Positions 1 through 9,365 of a stretch of 64,000 bases of DNA are shown here, piece by piece (positions within the stretch are counted from its first letter, which is position 1; each line of letters opens with the position of its first letter). Position numbers and translations under genes: made by a program. The stretch comes from an uncultured Desulfosarcina sp. (lineage in GTDB: Bacteria; Desulfobacterota; Desulfobacteria; Desulfobacterales; Desulfosarcinaceae). The stretch is from assembly GCA_963674945.2 (NCBI GenBank), contig CAXXWQ010000004.1:1696001-1760000 (forward strand), written 5' to 3'. The notes beneath the pieces were generated by a model. That model was not told the DNA's origin. It did not search any database and saw nothing but the letters and a program-made list of their open reading frames with translations.

Positions 1-747
1 CTCCTTTTTGATGGCCCGCATCTGCTCGTTAAGATAGTAGTTCTTCTGGGTTTTCTCCATCTGTTCCTTGACTCGCCCCTTGATGCGCTGATCCATCTGG
101 AAAACTTCGATTTCCAGCTTTATCAGTTTGACCAGGGATGCAAGACGCTCCGACAGATCAATGGATTCCAGAAGAGCCTGTTTGCTTTCGAGTTTGAAAG
201 AGAAGTGAGACGCTACCGTGTCGGCCAGTTTGGATGGATCTGAAATTGCCGACACCTTTGCCAGCAGCTCTTTTGAAATGCTTTTGTTGATGTTTGCATA
301 CTCGGTGAAGTCGTCAATCACCGCTCGCATCAGCGCTTCCACCTCTACAACGTTGCCGGGAATATCCGGCAAAATGGTCAATTCGACCTCGAAAAACTCT
401 GGGTTTGACACGTATCGGGAGATGCGCGCCCGCTGCTTGCCTTCGATGAGCGCTTTGACCGTGCCGTCGGGAAGACGGAGAAGTTGAAGCACCGAACCGA
501 CGACCCCCACATGGCAGATGTCTTTTTCTGCGGGGTTGTCCACCCCCGCATTTTTCTGGGTGGCCAGAAAGATGCGCTTGTCCTTATTCATGGCGCTGGA
601 AAGCGCGCTCACGGATTTGTTTCGTCCCACGAAAAGGGGGGCGACCATGTGCGGGAAAACGACGATGTCACGTAACGGAAGTAAGGGAAGCGTCTCCTGG
701 ACGGCCTCCTTTTCATGATTCTTGAAAAATTTAGCAATGTCGACCAT
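1..747 (-). CDS. lon: Lon protease (N-terminal part; runs off window edge)
   Basis: Own translation from ATG at 747: MVDIAKFF...LPLLPLRDIVVFPHMVAPLFVGR...QLLRLPDGTVKALIEG...KEQMEKTQKNYYLNEQMRAIKKE. Lies downstream of clpX. Confidence 0.95.
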   Translation of the reverse strand, partial: MVDIAKFFKNHEKEAVQETLPLLPLRDIVVFPHMVAPLFVGRNKSVSALSSAMNKDKRIFLATQKNAGVDNPAEKDICHVGVVGSVLQLLRLPDGTVKALIEGKQRARISRYVSNPEFFEVELTILPDIPGNVVEVEALMRAVIDDFTEYANINKSISKELLAKVSAISDPSKLADTVASHFSFKLESKQALLESIDLSERLASLVKLIKLEIEVFQMDQRIKGRVKEQMEKTQKNYYLNEQMRAIKKE

Positions 748-802
748 ATTATCGAACTACTCCCAATTGGGATTAAAAATACAATGAGTTACGACGAATC
801 GA

Positions 803-2047
803 TTACGCCTGTTTTTTAGAAGGCTCGTACAGCAAGATCGGCTCTTCTTTGTTGAGCACAACCTCTTCGCCGATGACGCACTCCTTCACGTCCTCTTTTG
901 ACGGGATGTCGTACATGATATCCAGCATGCAGGACTCGAGGATGGCGCGCAATCCACGGGCTCCGGACTTTCTCTTTAACGCCTCGTCCGCAATCGCCGA
1001 CAGGGCGCTGTCGGTAAGCCGCAAATTGACCCCTTCGATCTCGAAGAGCTTTTTGTACTGTTTGATCAAAGCGTTCTTCGGCTCCGTCAGAATCCGGACC
1101 AGACTCGCAGCGCTCAGTTCATCCAGGGTCGTGATAACCGGTAACCGACCGAGAAACTCGGGAATCAGGCCGTATTTGATCAGGTCTTCCGGCTGGACAT
1201 GGCGAAGGGTCTCGCCCAGGCTTCGCTCCTTCTCTTTTTTGACCATGGCGCCGAATCCCATCAGCTTGCTTCCCATGCGCCTGTTGATGATCTGTTCCAG
1301 GCCATTGAATGTGCCGCCGCAGATAAAGAGTATATTGGAAGTATCCACTTTGACAAAATCCTGCTGTGGATGTTTCCGTCCTCCCTTGGGTGGAACGCTG
1401 GCCGTAGTACCCTCGATGATCTTGAGAAGGGCCTGTTGCACGCCTTCGCCGGAAACGTCACGGGTAATGGAAGGATTATCCGATTTGCTGGCGATCTTAT
1501 CGATCTCGTCGATGTAGACGATACCGCGCTTGGCCTTTTCCACATCGTAGTCGGCATTTTGCAGCAGGGCAAGGATGATGTTCTCCACATCCTCTCCCAC
1601 ATAGCCGGCCTCCGTCAGGCTGGTTGCATCGGCAATGGTAAACGGTACGTTGAGAAATCGTGCCAGCGTCTGCGCCAGCAGCGTCTTGCCGCAACCGGTC
1701 GGTCCGATCAGCAGGATGTTGCTCTTTTGAATCTCCACCTCGCCGGCACTGATGTTGGATTCGAGCCGCTTGTAGTGGTTGTAGACGGCCACTGCCATGT
1801 GTTTTTTCGCCAGATCCTGCTCGATCACATAATCATCCAGCCGGGCCTTGATTTCTTGCGGAATCATCAGGTTTTCGAAATCACCGGCTTCCTTCTCGTT
1901 CTCCTCTTCGATGATTTCGCTGCAAAGCTGAATGCACTCATCGCAGATATAGACTGCCGGTCCGGCGATCAGCTTTTTGACCTCTTTCTGATTCTTTCCG
2001 CAAAAGGAACAGAATAAGTTGTCATTGGGCTCGTCTTTTTTGGCCAT
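803..2047 (-). CDS. clpX: ATP-dependent Clp protease ATP-binding subunit ClpX
   Basis: Zn-binding CSFCGK...ICDEC, Walker [30 protein letters not shown]. Confidence 0.99.
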   Translation of the reverse strand: MAKKDEPNDNLFCSFCGKNQKEVKKLIAGPAVYICDECIQLCSEIIEEENEKEAGDFENLMIPQEIKARLDDYVIEQDLAKKHMAVAVYNHYKRLESNISAGEVEIQKSNILLIGPTGCGKTLLAQTLARFLNVPFTIADATSLTEAGYVGEDVENIILALLQNADYDVEKAKRGIVYIDEIDKIASKSDNPSITRDVSGEGVQQALLKIIEGTTASVPPKGGRKHPQQDFVKVDTSNILFICGGTFNGLEQIINRRMGSKLMGFGAMVKKEKERSLGETLRHVQPEDLIKYGLIPEFLGRLPVITTLDELSAASLVRILTEPKNALIKQYKKLFEIEGVNLRLTDSALSAIADEALKRKSGARGLRAILESCMLDIMYDIPSKEDVKECVIGEEVVLNKEEPILLYEPSKKQA

Positions 2048-2048
2048 A

Positions 2049-2663
2049 TCATTCCTCCGTACTGGCTATTTGATCCAAGTCATCCCGGTTTGAAATGACA
2101 TGGTCAACAATACCGTACTCTTTTGATTCCACGCCGGACATGAAATAATCCCGGTCCGTATCCCGCTGGACCTCATCCAGACTCTTGCCGCAGTGACGCA
2201 CCAGGATGCCGTTCAATGCATCCTTCATGCGAAGAATCTCTTTGGCTTGAATTTCAATGTCCGAGGCCTGTCCCTGGAATCCCCCCATGGGCTGGTGAAT
2301 CATGATCCGCGCATGCGGAAGGGCATACCGTTTCTTTGCAGCACCGGCTGCCAGAAGGAGTGCCCCCATGCTGGCTGCCTGGCCGATACAAACGGTCGTC
2401 ACATCGGGTTTGATGTACTGCATGGTATCGTAAACCGCCAACCCGGAGGTAACCACGCCACCGGGGGAATTGATGTAAAGGTTGATGTCCTTGTCCGGAT
2501 CCTCGGATTCGAGGAACAGCATCTGGGCGATCAGCAGGTTGGCCACATCATCGTTAATGGCGGTCCCCAAAAAGATGATTCGGTCTTTGAGCAGCCGCGA
2601 ATAGATGTCGTAGGCACGTTCCCCCCTGCTGGTTTGGTCGATGACCATTGGAATTAATCCCAC
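2049..2663 (-). CDS. clpP: Clp protease proteolytic subunit
   Basis: [37 protein letters not shown] start with SD. Confidence 0.99.
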   Translation of the reverse strand: MGLIPMVIDQTSRGERAYDIYSRLLKDRIIFLGTAINDDVANLLIAQMLFLESEDPDKDINLYINSPGGVVTSGLAVYDTMQYIKPDVTTVCIGQAASMGALLLAAGAAKKRYALPHARIMIHQPMGGFQGQASDIEIQAKEILRMKDALNGILVRHCGKSLDEVQRDTDRDYFMSGVESKEYGIVDHVISNRDDLDQIASTEE

Positions 2664-2814
2664 GGTTGATTCTCCTTTACATCTTTTTCGTTTCCATCGG
2701 ACGGGGCACTTGCAAGGATCTCTCCGCGTCGATTCCGATGGTCCGATTACAGGTTGCTGCGATGGTCGCCGGATCCTTGCGCCTTTCGCAAAATTCTAAT
2801 GATAAAGAATAGTT

Positions 2815-4131
2815 CTACGTTTCCGAAGTCACTTTTTCCGGTTTTACCGATTCAACTTCATTCTTTTCCATTATAAGCTTAATGGCCTGTTTTTCAAGTA
2901 ACGCGTGCTTAAAAAGCTCCAGCTTGTCACCGCTGTTTCCATAGATCCCCTTCACCACATCCACCGGTTGACCATAGGAGGCGGCCATCTCTTCAAACCC
3001 CTTTTCCAGATCCTCGTCGGACAGTTCCATTTTTTCCTGCTTGATGATCTGACCCAGAATCAACTGGCGACGCACCTGCTTTTCTGCCGTTTCCCGATAT
3101 TTTTCCGAAAGGCTCTCTCTGGAAATCCCTGCCTCTTCGAAGGACTTGTTATGGTAGGAGAAAGATCGCTCGGCGTCGGCGATAATGCCGTTGAGTTCGT
3201 ATTCCACCATCACATCCGGAACCTCGAAGTCCACCTTTTCCAGAATCTGGGTAAAAATTTGCTCATTGAGTTCCTGTTCCATCCGCTTTTCATACCCCTG
3301 GGTCAGATTCTCCCGGATTTTTTCCCTCACCTCGTCCATGCTACTGAATGATCCGAGTTGCTGTGCAAATTCATCATTGATTTCCGGAAGCACCTCTTTT
3401 CGGATGTCATTGAGCGTGACGGCAAAGTCCACCGTATGGCCGGCCAATTTCTTGTTGAAATAATCTTCGGCAAAGGAAACGGTGATGGTCTTTTCCTCAC
3501 CGGGCCGCATACCGATGATTCCGTCATCCAACTCTTTTGCGATGTGCCCCTCTCCAAGTTTCATCACGAAATTCGTCGTCTTTTCGGCAGCATCAAACGG
3601 CTTTCCATCCTTGAAGCCTTCGTAGTCGATCTGCACGAAATCTTCATCCTGTGCCGGACGATCCTCCTCGATGGGCTCGCGCTTGGCAAGGTTCTTCTGC
3701 ATCATCGAAACCTGCAGGTCCACCTCTTCATCACTGGCTTCATAGAGGGTTTTTGTCAATTTCATACCCGTAAAGTCAATATCGGCGATTTCCGGTTGAA
3801 CTTCAACTTCGGCATCAAACCGATAGGCCGCCCCGGCTTCGAGTTCCGGCGGATCGACCTGGGGAGAACCGACAACCTTCAGTTCCGTCTCTTTCAGTGC
3901 ATCCACATAGGCCGATTGAATCAGTTTTCCGGTCACATCGGCATGAACATCCTTTCGATACAGCCGCTCCAGGACGTTACGAGGGGTTTTTCCCGGCCGA
4001 AATCCTTTGACCTTGGCAGTCTTTTTCAAGGTTTTGTATGCTTCATCGAGTTCGCGGGTTACATCCGCCTCGGGAATTTCGATATGCATCACTTTTTTGA
4101 CGGAGGTGCGATCTTCAACGGTAACCTTCAT
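2815..4131 (-). CDS. tig: Trigger factor
   Basis: GFRPGK ribosome-binding motif and FKBP domain; start moved to MKVTVED (ATG 4131, SD AAAGGA upstream). Confidence 0.97.
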   Translation of the reverse strand: MKVTVEDRTSVKKVMHIEIPEADVTRELDEAYKTLKKTAKVKGFRPGKTPRNVLERLYRKDVHADVTGKLIQSAYVDALKETELKVVGSPQVDPPELEAGAAYRFDAEVEVQPEIADIDFTGMKLTKTLYEASDEEVDLQVSMMQKNLAKREPIEEDRPAQDEDFVQIDYEGFKDGKPFDAAEKTTNFVMKLGEGHIAKELDDGIIGMRPGEEKTITVSFAEDYFNKKLAGHTVDFAVTLNDIRKEVLPEINDEFAQQLGSFSSMDEVREKIRENLTQGYEKRMEQELNEQIFTQILEKVDFEVPDVMVEYELNGIIADAERSFSYHNKSFEEAGISRESLSEKYRETAEKQVRRQLILGQIIKQEKMELSDEDLEKGFEEMAASYGQPVDVVKGIYGNSGDKLELFKHALLEKQAIKLIMEKNEVESVKPEKVTSET

Positions 4132-4395
4132 ATTCATCCTTTCTAAAACCAAAGAAAAGCAATTCCCAAACGGCCAGGGCTGTGGACCAACGACAGGCAC
4201 TGCACGATTCGGGTAAAAAAGTAAGCGCCCTGACGCGACTGGCATCAGGGCTCCTAATTAACATTCCCGACAGCGAATTTCGACTGCAACGATCACTTGA
4301 AGATTACCTGATCCTGTTGGCCATGTAAACCGCTTCAGATCAATGGTACCCCAAACATGTCATGTTGGCAACCGATTGTCGATGACGGGACAACG

Positions 4396-4482
4396 TGGTG
4401 CGAGAGGGGAGACTCGAACTCCCACTCCGTCGCCAGAGCTGGATCCTAAGTCCAGTGCGTCTACCAATTCCGCCACTCTCGC
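4396..4482 (-). tRNA. tRNA-Leu (anticodon TAG)
   Basis: Reverse complement GCGAGAGTGGCGGAATTGGTAGACGCACTGGACTTAGGATCCAG...GTTCGAGTC...TCGCACCA; long variable arm, encoded CCA. Confidence 0.97.
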
Positions 4483-4630
4483 AAGATCCTCCTTGCCCTC
4501 ATTTAGACATAGGCATCCAAAAACTTGACAATATCTGCAAATAAACTAAACTTCGTAAAAAAATCAAACGAAAAAACTACTATTGATGCCCCTACCTGTC
4601 AAGGATTTCACGTTGCCATTACATATCGCC

Positions 4631-5386
4631 ATGAAAAAGCCCCTCGGACACCACTTACGGCTTTGGCTGCTTCTGATCCTATGTTCGATTTTACCATGGG
4701 CCCCTCCCCTGTTGGCAAATCCACAACAACCCGTAATTGTAATCGATGCTGGCCATGGTGGGAACGATACCGGAGCAAGCGGTGGAGGCGACTACCATGA
4801 AAAACAATTCACCCTGTCCCTGGCACGACAAATCGCCGAAAAATTGGGGGCAAAATACCGCGTCTCACTGACGCGAACCACCGATGTCCTTCTTTCACCG
4901 GCAAACCGGGCCGCCGTGGCCAATCATCTGGCCGCCGACCTGATGGTCAGCATCCACGCCGCCACCACTCCCTATTGCGGGCAACGAAATGCCTTCCTTT
5001 ATTACCACGATGAGGATCGATTGTCGTTTCCGCCGCAGATGTCTGCATCCACCATAATAATCGATCCCAACGGAGAAAGCACGCCCTGGCAACGCCTCCA
5101 GGCCCGCCATCTCCACCAGAGTCAAGCGGCAGCCAAGGCGATGAAGCGGTCCCTGACAGATGGCGGTTCATTCGACCGGGTGATGGTCACCGGTCTTCCT
5201 TTGGTGACGTTGATGGGAGTGGACCTTCCGGCGGTAATGGTCGAAGTGGGATGTCTGCACCCAATGACCGCCCCATCCTCGCGGACCCTCAAACGGCAAC
5301 TGGATACCTATGCCCAATCCATCGCCACGGCCATCGAAGCCGCATTATGCAAAGTGGCGGGATCAACCGAACCAACGGGACGTTGA
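4631..5386 (+). CDS. N-acetylmuramoyl-L-alanine amidase (Amidase_3), secreted
   Basis: Signal peptide, [24 protein letters not shown] zinc/catalytic motifs. Confidence 0.9.
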   Translation: MKKPLGHHLRLWLLLILCSILPWAPPLLANPQQPVIVIDAGHGGNDTGASGGGDYHEKQFTLSLARQIAEKLGAKYRVSLTRTTDVLLSPANRAAVANHLAADLMVSIHAATTPYCGQRNAFLYYHDEDRLSFPPQMSASTIIIDPNGESTPWQRLQARHLHQSQAAAKAMKRSLTDGGSFDRVMVTGLPLVTLMGVDLPAVMVEVGCLHPMTAPSSRTLKRQLDTYAQSIATAIEAALCKVAGSTEPTGR

Positions 5387-5454
5387 TACCGAGGTCACGA
5401 CAATTTCAGAACTTGCGTACGGTCTGAAACAGTGGTAATAGGCACCCAAAATAA

Positions 5455-5538
<84 letters not shown>

Positions 5539-5547
5539 ATTTAAAAT

Positions 5548-5587
5548 AAAAACGGGATATTGGCCAAATTGCTATCTTCCCGTTTTT
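5548..5587 (+). terminator. Hairpin/terminator downstream of tRNA-Pro
   Basis: AAAAACGGGA...TCCCGTTTTT inverted repeat. Confidence 0.55.
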
Positions 5588-5601
5588 GCCATTTTATTCT
5601 C

Positions 5602-5628
5602 GGGTACCCATCTGGGTACCCGTTTTGA
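5602..5628. repeat. Putative integrase arm-type sites (left)
   Basis: GGGTACCCATCTGGGTACCCGTTTTGA, 25/27 identical to 15133-15159. Confidence 0.75.
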
Positions 5629-5792
5629 TGCCTTTACAGAAACCTAAAAAAAGCCTCGTTTCCAGGACCATTTTTCCATGTATCACCCCTCCCTTTAAGA
5701 AAAAAACCATTGATTAATTTTATAGGATGCCGATATATAGAGTGTAAGCGATACTTCCGACTGCGCAAACGTTACAATTCAGAGGTGTTACA

Positions 5793-6128
5793 ATGTCAAA
5801 GATAAGTGTAAAAATGGAACTTAGGGTTCCAGTTGTGATTAAAAAAAAGGATAAGTGGTATTCTGCATCCTGCCCCGTCTTAGATGTTGTATCCCAAGGA
5901 AAAACTGAAAAAAGTGCTAAAAGGAATTTGGGTGAAGCCCTTGAATTGTTCCTAATGACTTGTTTTGAGATGGGCACCTTAGAGGATGTATTAAAAACCT
6001 GTGGTTTTGAATTAATTCCAGAGCGTAGAAGGAAAGATCGCGTCTCAAAGATCCATCCGGAAGATTATGTTGATATACCTCTTTATCTGCTTGCGAATAA
6101 AAATGGGATGGATAGTTGCCACGCATAA
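5793..6128 (+). CDS. hicB: HicB-family antitoxin
   Basis: YSASCPVLDVVSQGKTEKSAKRNLGEALELFL, a HicB-type fold; overlaps hicA. Confidence 0.85.
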   Translation: MSKISVKMELRVPVVIKKKDKWYSASCPVLDVVSQGKTEKSAKRNLGEALELFLMTCFEMGTLEDVLKTCGFELIPERRRKDRVSKIHPEDYVDIPLYLLANKNGMDSCHA

Positions 6129-6349
6129 CACCAGTTTGTTGGGAAATTTTAGAGTGCATTTTTAAATTAGCTGGCTTCGTATTTCACAGAAGCAAAGGAA
6201 GCCACAGGGTGTATGTAAAAGAAGGATGCATACGCCCAATTGTAATTCCCACCTATAAAGAAATTGGTCAGGACATCATTCTATCAAATCTGAGAACTGC
6301 CGAATTATCCCGCGACAAATATTTTAAATATCTATCAGAATGCAGTTAG
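6116..6349 (+). CDS. hicA: HicA-family mRNA interferase toxin
   Basis: GFVFHRSKGSHRVY...PIVIP HicA motif; TTG start. Confidence 0.88.
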   Translation: MPRITPVCWEILECIFKLAGFVFHRSKGSHRVYVKEGCIRPIVIPTYKEIGQDIILSNLRTAELSRDKYFKYLSECS

Positions 6350-6382
6350 TGTATCAATAAAACACGACCCAAGGTTTTCCCA

Positions 6383-6437
6383 CCGTTTCACCTTGACCAT
6401 CAGACCGGATTCTTGGTATTGAGTGGATGTTCATTTC
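6383..6437. repeat. 55-bp cargo-junction direct repeat, copy 1
   Basis: 50/55 identical to 7350-7404. Confidence 0.9.
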
Positions 6438-6570
6438 TTTTGATCCACCAGTTTTAATTTCTACCCTATTTTTACCCAGATACATACTGTCCATATGGGT
6501 GGGTATCAAATTGGAAGCCCTTGATTTTTTCAAAGTCTTAAAACGAAAGTAAAATAGGGGGTTAATAGGA

Positions 6571-7215
6571 ATGCGGAATAAAATCATAAGTAATTTTAGC
6601 TATTTCGCTTTGTTGTATTGTATCTTTGCCATGATATGTACAGGTTGTGGTGGTGGAGGTGGCAGTGGTGATGAAGAAAATATTGATAAAACAATTGATT
6701 ATACAATCCCATGGGTTTCTATCGAGATAGATACCAACTTTGATGACTGGGGATTGATCGACAGTGTTTATTTAGATGAAGAGAACGATGAAGACCCTGA
6801 AGCTGATTTCGAAGGCACGGATTTACGGAGAATTTACCTGGCGCGGGATGATGATTTTCTATATATCATGTTTACCGTTGCTGATGGCAGCCCTAATGAA
6901 AACGCCCAATTTACACTTGAATTAGTCCCTAATATTGATGAATCAGGAGCTGAAGGCAATTACATAACTTTAGCACGTTCTATCGATGGAAAATGGAGTT
7001 CTGGTATTCGTGTCCAAGACTGCCCAGAGCTAAGTAGGAATTATCCTTCTGATTATGTAGGTGTTGGTAATGGTTATATCCAGTGGAAGGTTGAACTATC
7101 TGCCATCCACTTTTTTGAAGACCGATACATTTATGCATATATTCATAGGTTCACACCTGTTTATTATCCTATTAGCGATTCAGCAACGACGGGAATAAGA
7201 GTCCATCTTGACTGA
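6571..7215 (+). CDS. Lipoprotein, acidic, possibly DOMON/CBM9-like beta-sandwich
   Basis: Signal peptide ending CTG-C then GGGGGS linker; IDTNFDDW...D...DLRRIYLARDDDFLYI pattern. Confidence 0.65.
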   Translation: MRNKIISNFSYFALLYCIFAMICTGCGGGGGSGDEENIDKTIDYTIPWVSIEIDTNFDDWGLIDSVYLDEENDEDPEADFEGTDLRRIYLARDDDFLYIMFTVADGSPNENAQFTLELVPNIDESGAEGNYITLARSIDGKWSSGIRVQDCPELSRNYPSDYVGVGNGYIQWKVELSAIHFFEDRYIYAYIHRFTPVYYPISDSATTGIRVHLD

Positions 7216-7278
7216 ATAAAACATTTAATACTTTATCTGCAATAACCACTGCTTGAGCAATCTTACATAAATCATCAG

Positions 7279-7314
7279 ACAAGGCCCTCAATGGTGGGGG
7301 CCTTGTTTATTTTT
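7279..7314 (+). terminator. Rho-independent terminator after lipoprotein gene
   Basis: ACAAGGCCC...GGGCCTTGT followed by T-rich tail. Confidence 0.7.
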
Positions 7315-7349
7315 AGGGATCTGAAATAGAAACGGCCCTAGTCCCCCCG

Positions 7350-7404
7350 CCGTTTCACCTTGACCATCCGACCGGATTCTTGGTATTTGGTATATGTTCA
7401 TTTC
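7350..7404. repeat. 55-bp cargo-junction direct repeat, copy 2
   Basis: 50/55 identical to 6383-6437. Confidence 0.9.
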
Positions 7405-7455
7405 AGAATGCTCATCTAAAAAACATTAGCACAATTTACAGCAATTAAATAAAAA

Positions 7456-8289
7456 ATGGTAGCTAACCTTTTAGATCTTCTACAAAAAGTACCTGATGTT
7501 GTGTGGGCGGCTGTAATCGCTGCAATATTAACACTTAGCGGTGTGTTGCTCACAACATTAAGCAATTTTATTTTAACAATTTTGAAATTTAAACACGACT
7601 TTGTAAAACAAGATCATGAACGAAACATGGCACTTAGAAGACAAGTCTATCTTGATGCTGTCGAAGCCATTACAGGTAATTATCTTAGCATAATGAAAAT
7701 TTCAGATTTGACATATCCAGACTCTGAAATTTCAAAACAATTCGCTAGTTCTGCCGGAAAAATAAATATGGTCTATGTAATTGGTACAACTGAAACAGTC
7801 AGAACTATATCGGAACTAAACGCATCAATCACCAAGGAATATTTAAAACTTACCGCTGAGAGACTTCCTCTTGTTCAAAGACGAAATGAAATCAAAACAA
7901 TAGATAATCAAATTAAGAATAATTTATCTCAACGCAATCAGATGATGGAACTGTTTAAAAATCTGAAAATTAATAGGGTTCAAGATGAAGAACAGTTTGA
8001 TATGATTGAGAAATATTATAAAATACATGAAAGCCAGATTTCAAAACTTGACCATAATTTTAGAGAGCTTATAGAGAAGAACCAAGGAGGACAGAAACAG
8101 CTTCATATAAATTGTATGGAGTCATTTAATACAATTCGAGGATATTTCCCCGATGCCATAGGTTGTATCCGAAAAGAGATGGGACTTTCGTTCAATGAGA
8201 GGGAATTTAGAAAAATAGTTGATTTAGAAGCTGAGGAGAGCCGAAAGGCCGTTCAAGATTTTATGGAGAAGATCAAGCCATACTCCTAA
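7456..8289 (+). CDS. Hypothetical protein with N-terminal membrane anchor and coiled coil
   Basis: 277-aa AT-rich ORF; hydrophobic WAAVIAAILTLSGVLLT then helical, Q/N/K-rich body. Confidence 0.75.
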   Translation: MVANLLDLLQKVPDVVWAAVIAAILTLSGVLLTTLSNFILTILKFKHDFVKQDHERNMALRRQVYLDAVEAITGNYLSIMKISDLTYPDSEISKQFASSAGKINMVYVIGTTETVRTISELNASITKEYLKLTAERLPLVQRRNEIKTIDNQIKNNLSQRNQMMELFKNLKINRVQDEEQFDMIEKYYKIHESQISKLDHNFRELIEKNQGGQKQLHINCMESFNTIRGYFPDAIGCIRKEMGLSFNEREFRKIVDLEAEESRKAVQDFMEKIKPYS

Positions 8290-8420
8290 TGAAATGAATG
8301 TTAAAAGCATGAATTAAAATCATGCCCCCCCCAAAGACAATCGTAAGTTCAGCAGTCTAAGTAGGAAGCAAACGAGGACCTTCTGAAAAAGTACGAAAAA
8401 CCAAGCAAATAGGCATCAAT

Positions 8421-9077
8421 ATGGAGAACGACGAAGCCAAGGCCGTTCAAGAAGTAGCAAAGTTTGGAACCAAGGCATTAGACAGTAGTGACAAATTAGG
8501 GGCTTTTTTATCCCAAGTCTTTGGAACCCTTCCGGCCGATGTTATTGGTGTCATCGGAGGAGATTGGTTGCGCCATGTTCGTATCAGAAATGCAGCAAAG
8601 CTATTTCAACGTACCCAGGAAATAATTGACCAGCGGGGTTTATCTGGAAAAACGATACCGCTTAGTCCAAGTATTGCATTGCCCCTACTTGAAGCCGCAC
8701 AGGATGAAACAAGAGATGAACTCCGTGAAATGTGGGCCAGATTGCTTGCAAATGGAATGGATCCGGAACGACGAAACACTTTAAGGCAATCGATAATTGA
8801 AACTGTGAAGGCATTTGATCCGTTAGACGCTGTGATATTGGAAAAAATGATTTCTACATCTGAAAACGGTATAAGCGTGTCTATCCCATTATCCGTAGCA
8901 ACTGAATTAAACTTGTCTAAAGATGAAATGGAGTTGTCCTTCGTCAACCTTGAAAAATTAGGATGTGTCCGCAAAACAGGAAGTTCTTCCGATCCAAATA
9001 CTATGACTCAGTCAATTCATTTTGCAATTAATGTATTGGGAAGAGAGATTATACGGGCAACTTCCTTAACAGAATAG
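8421..9077 (+). CDS. Abi-alpha/DUF4393-like protein (putative anti-phage)
   Basis: IALPLLEAAQDETRDELREMWARLLANGMD...IIETVKAFDPLDAVIL...NLEKLG...LGREII resembles the Abi-alpha family. Confidence 0.72.
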   Translation: MENDEAKAVQEVAKFGTKALDSSDKLGAFLSQVFGTLPADVIGVIGGDWLRHVRIRNAAKLFQRTQEIIDQRGLSGKTIPLSPSIALPLLEAAQDETRDELREMWARLLANGMDPERRNTLRQSIIETVKAFDPLDAVILEKMISTSENGISVSIPLSVATELNLSKDEMELSFVNLEKLGCVRKTGSSSDPNTMTQSIHFAINVLGREIIRATSLTE

Positions 9078-9081
9078 CAGC

Positions 9082-9362
9082 AAAGAGAAACGAATGGGGG
9101 ACAAATCCCCACTCCGATATGGAAAATTTTCACTAACGGTTTCGAAGGTGGGGAGGTGCCCCTGGCAGGCGCGAGAAACCCACCAGGGGCCGTGAACTCC
9201 CATCGCTCCGGCTGCCTTGCGCATTGCAGTGGTAACGATGGTGATCCTTCAAGCGCCTTGCCCCATTGCACGGATCGATTGAAGGGGTGCCGCAGGCTGA
9301 AACAAGAAAAGACCTGCGGCAATGCTAAACCCGGAGAAACGTGAAAACTCCGGGCATGTAGC
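9082..9362 (-). ncRNA. Candidate structured RNA: array of six hairpins 3' of the capsid gene
   Basis: Consecutive inverted repeats with recurring loop motifs; strand is inferred from the upstream capsid gene. Confidence 0.4.
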
Positions 9363-9365
9363 CAT

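Noticed and set aside
6354..6587. 77-aa minus-strand ORF containing the 55-bp repeat (MNIHSIPRIRSDGQGET)
   Set aside because: The two repeat copies diverge right after the shared segment and show no protein motif; a DNA-level role is more parsimonious.
9082..9362. Possible CRISPR mini-array or CRISPR-repeat mimic (GAAAC and ATTGAAG motifs)
   Set aside because: No identical repeats with regular spacers and no cas genes in the window; kept only as a hairpin array.
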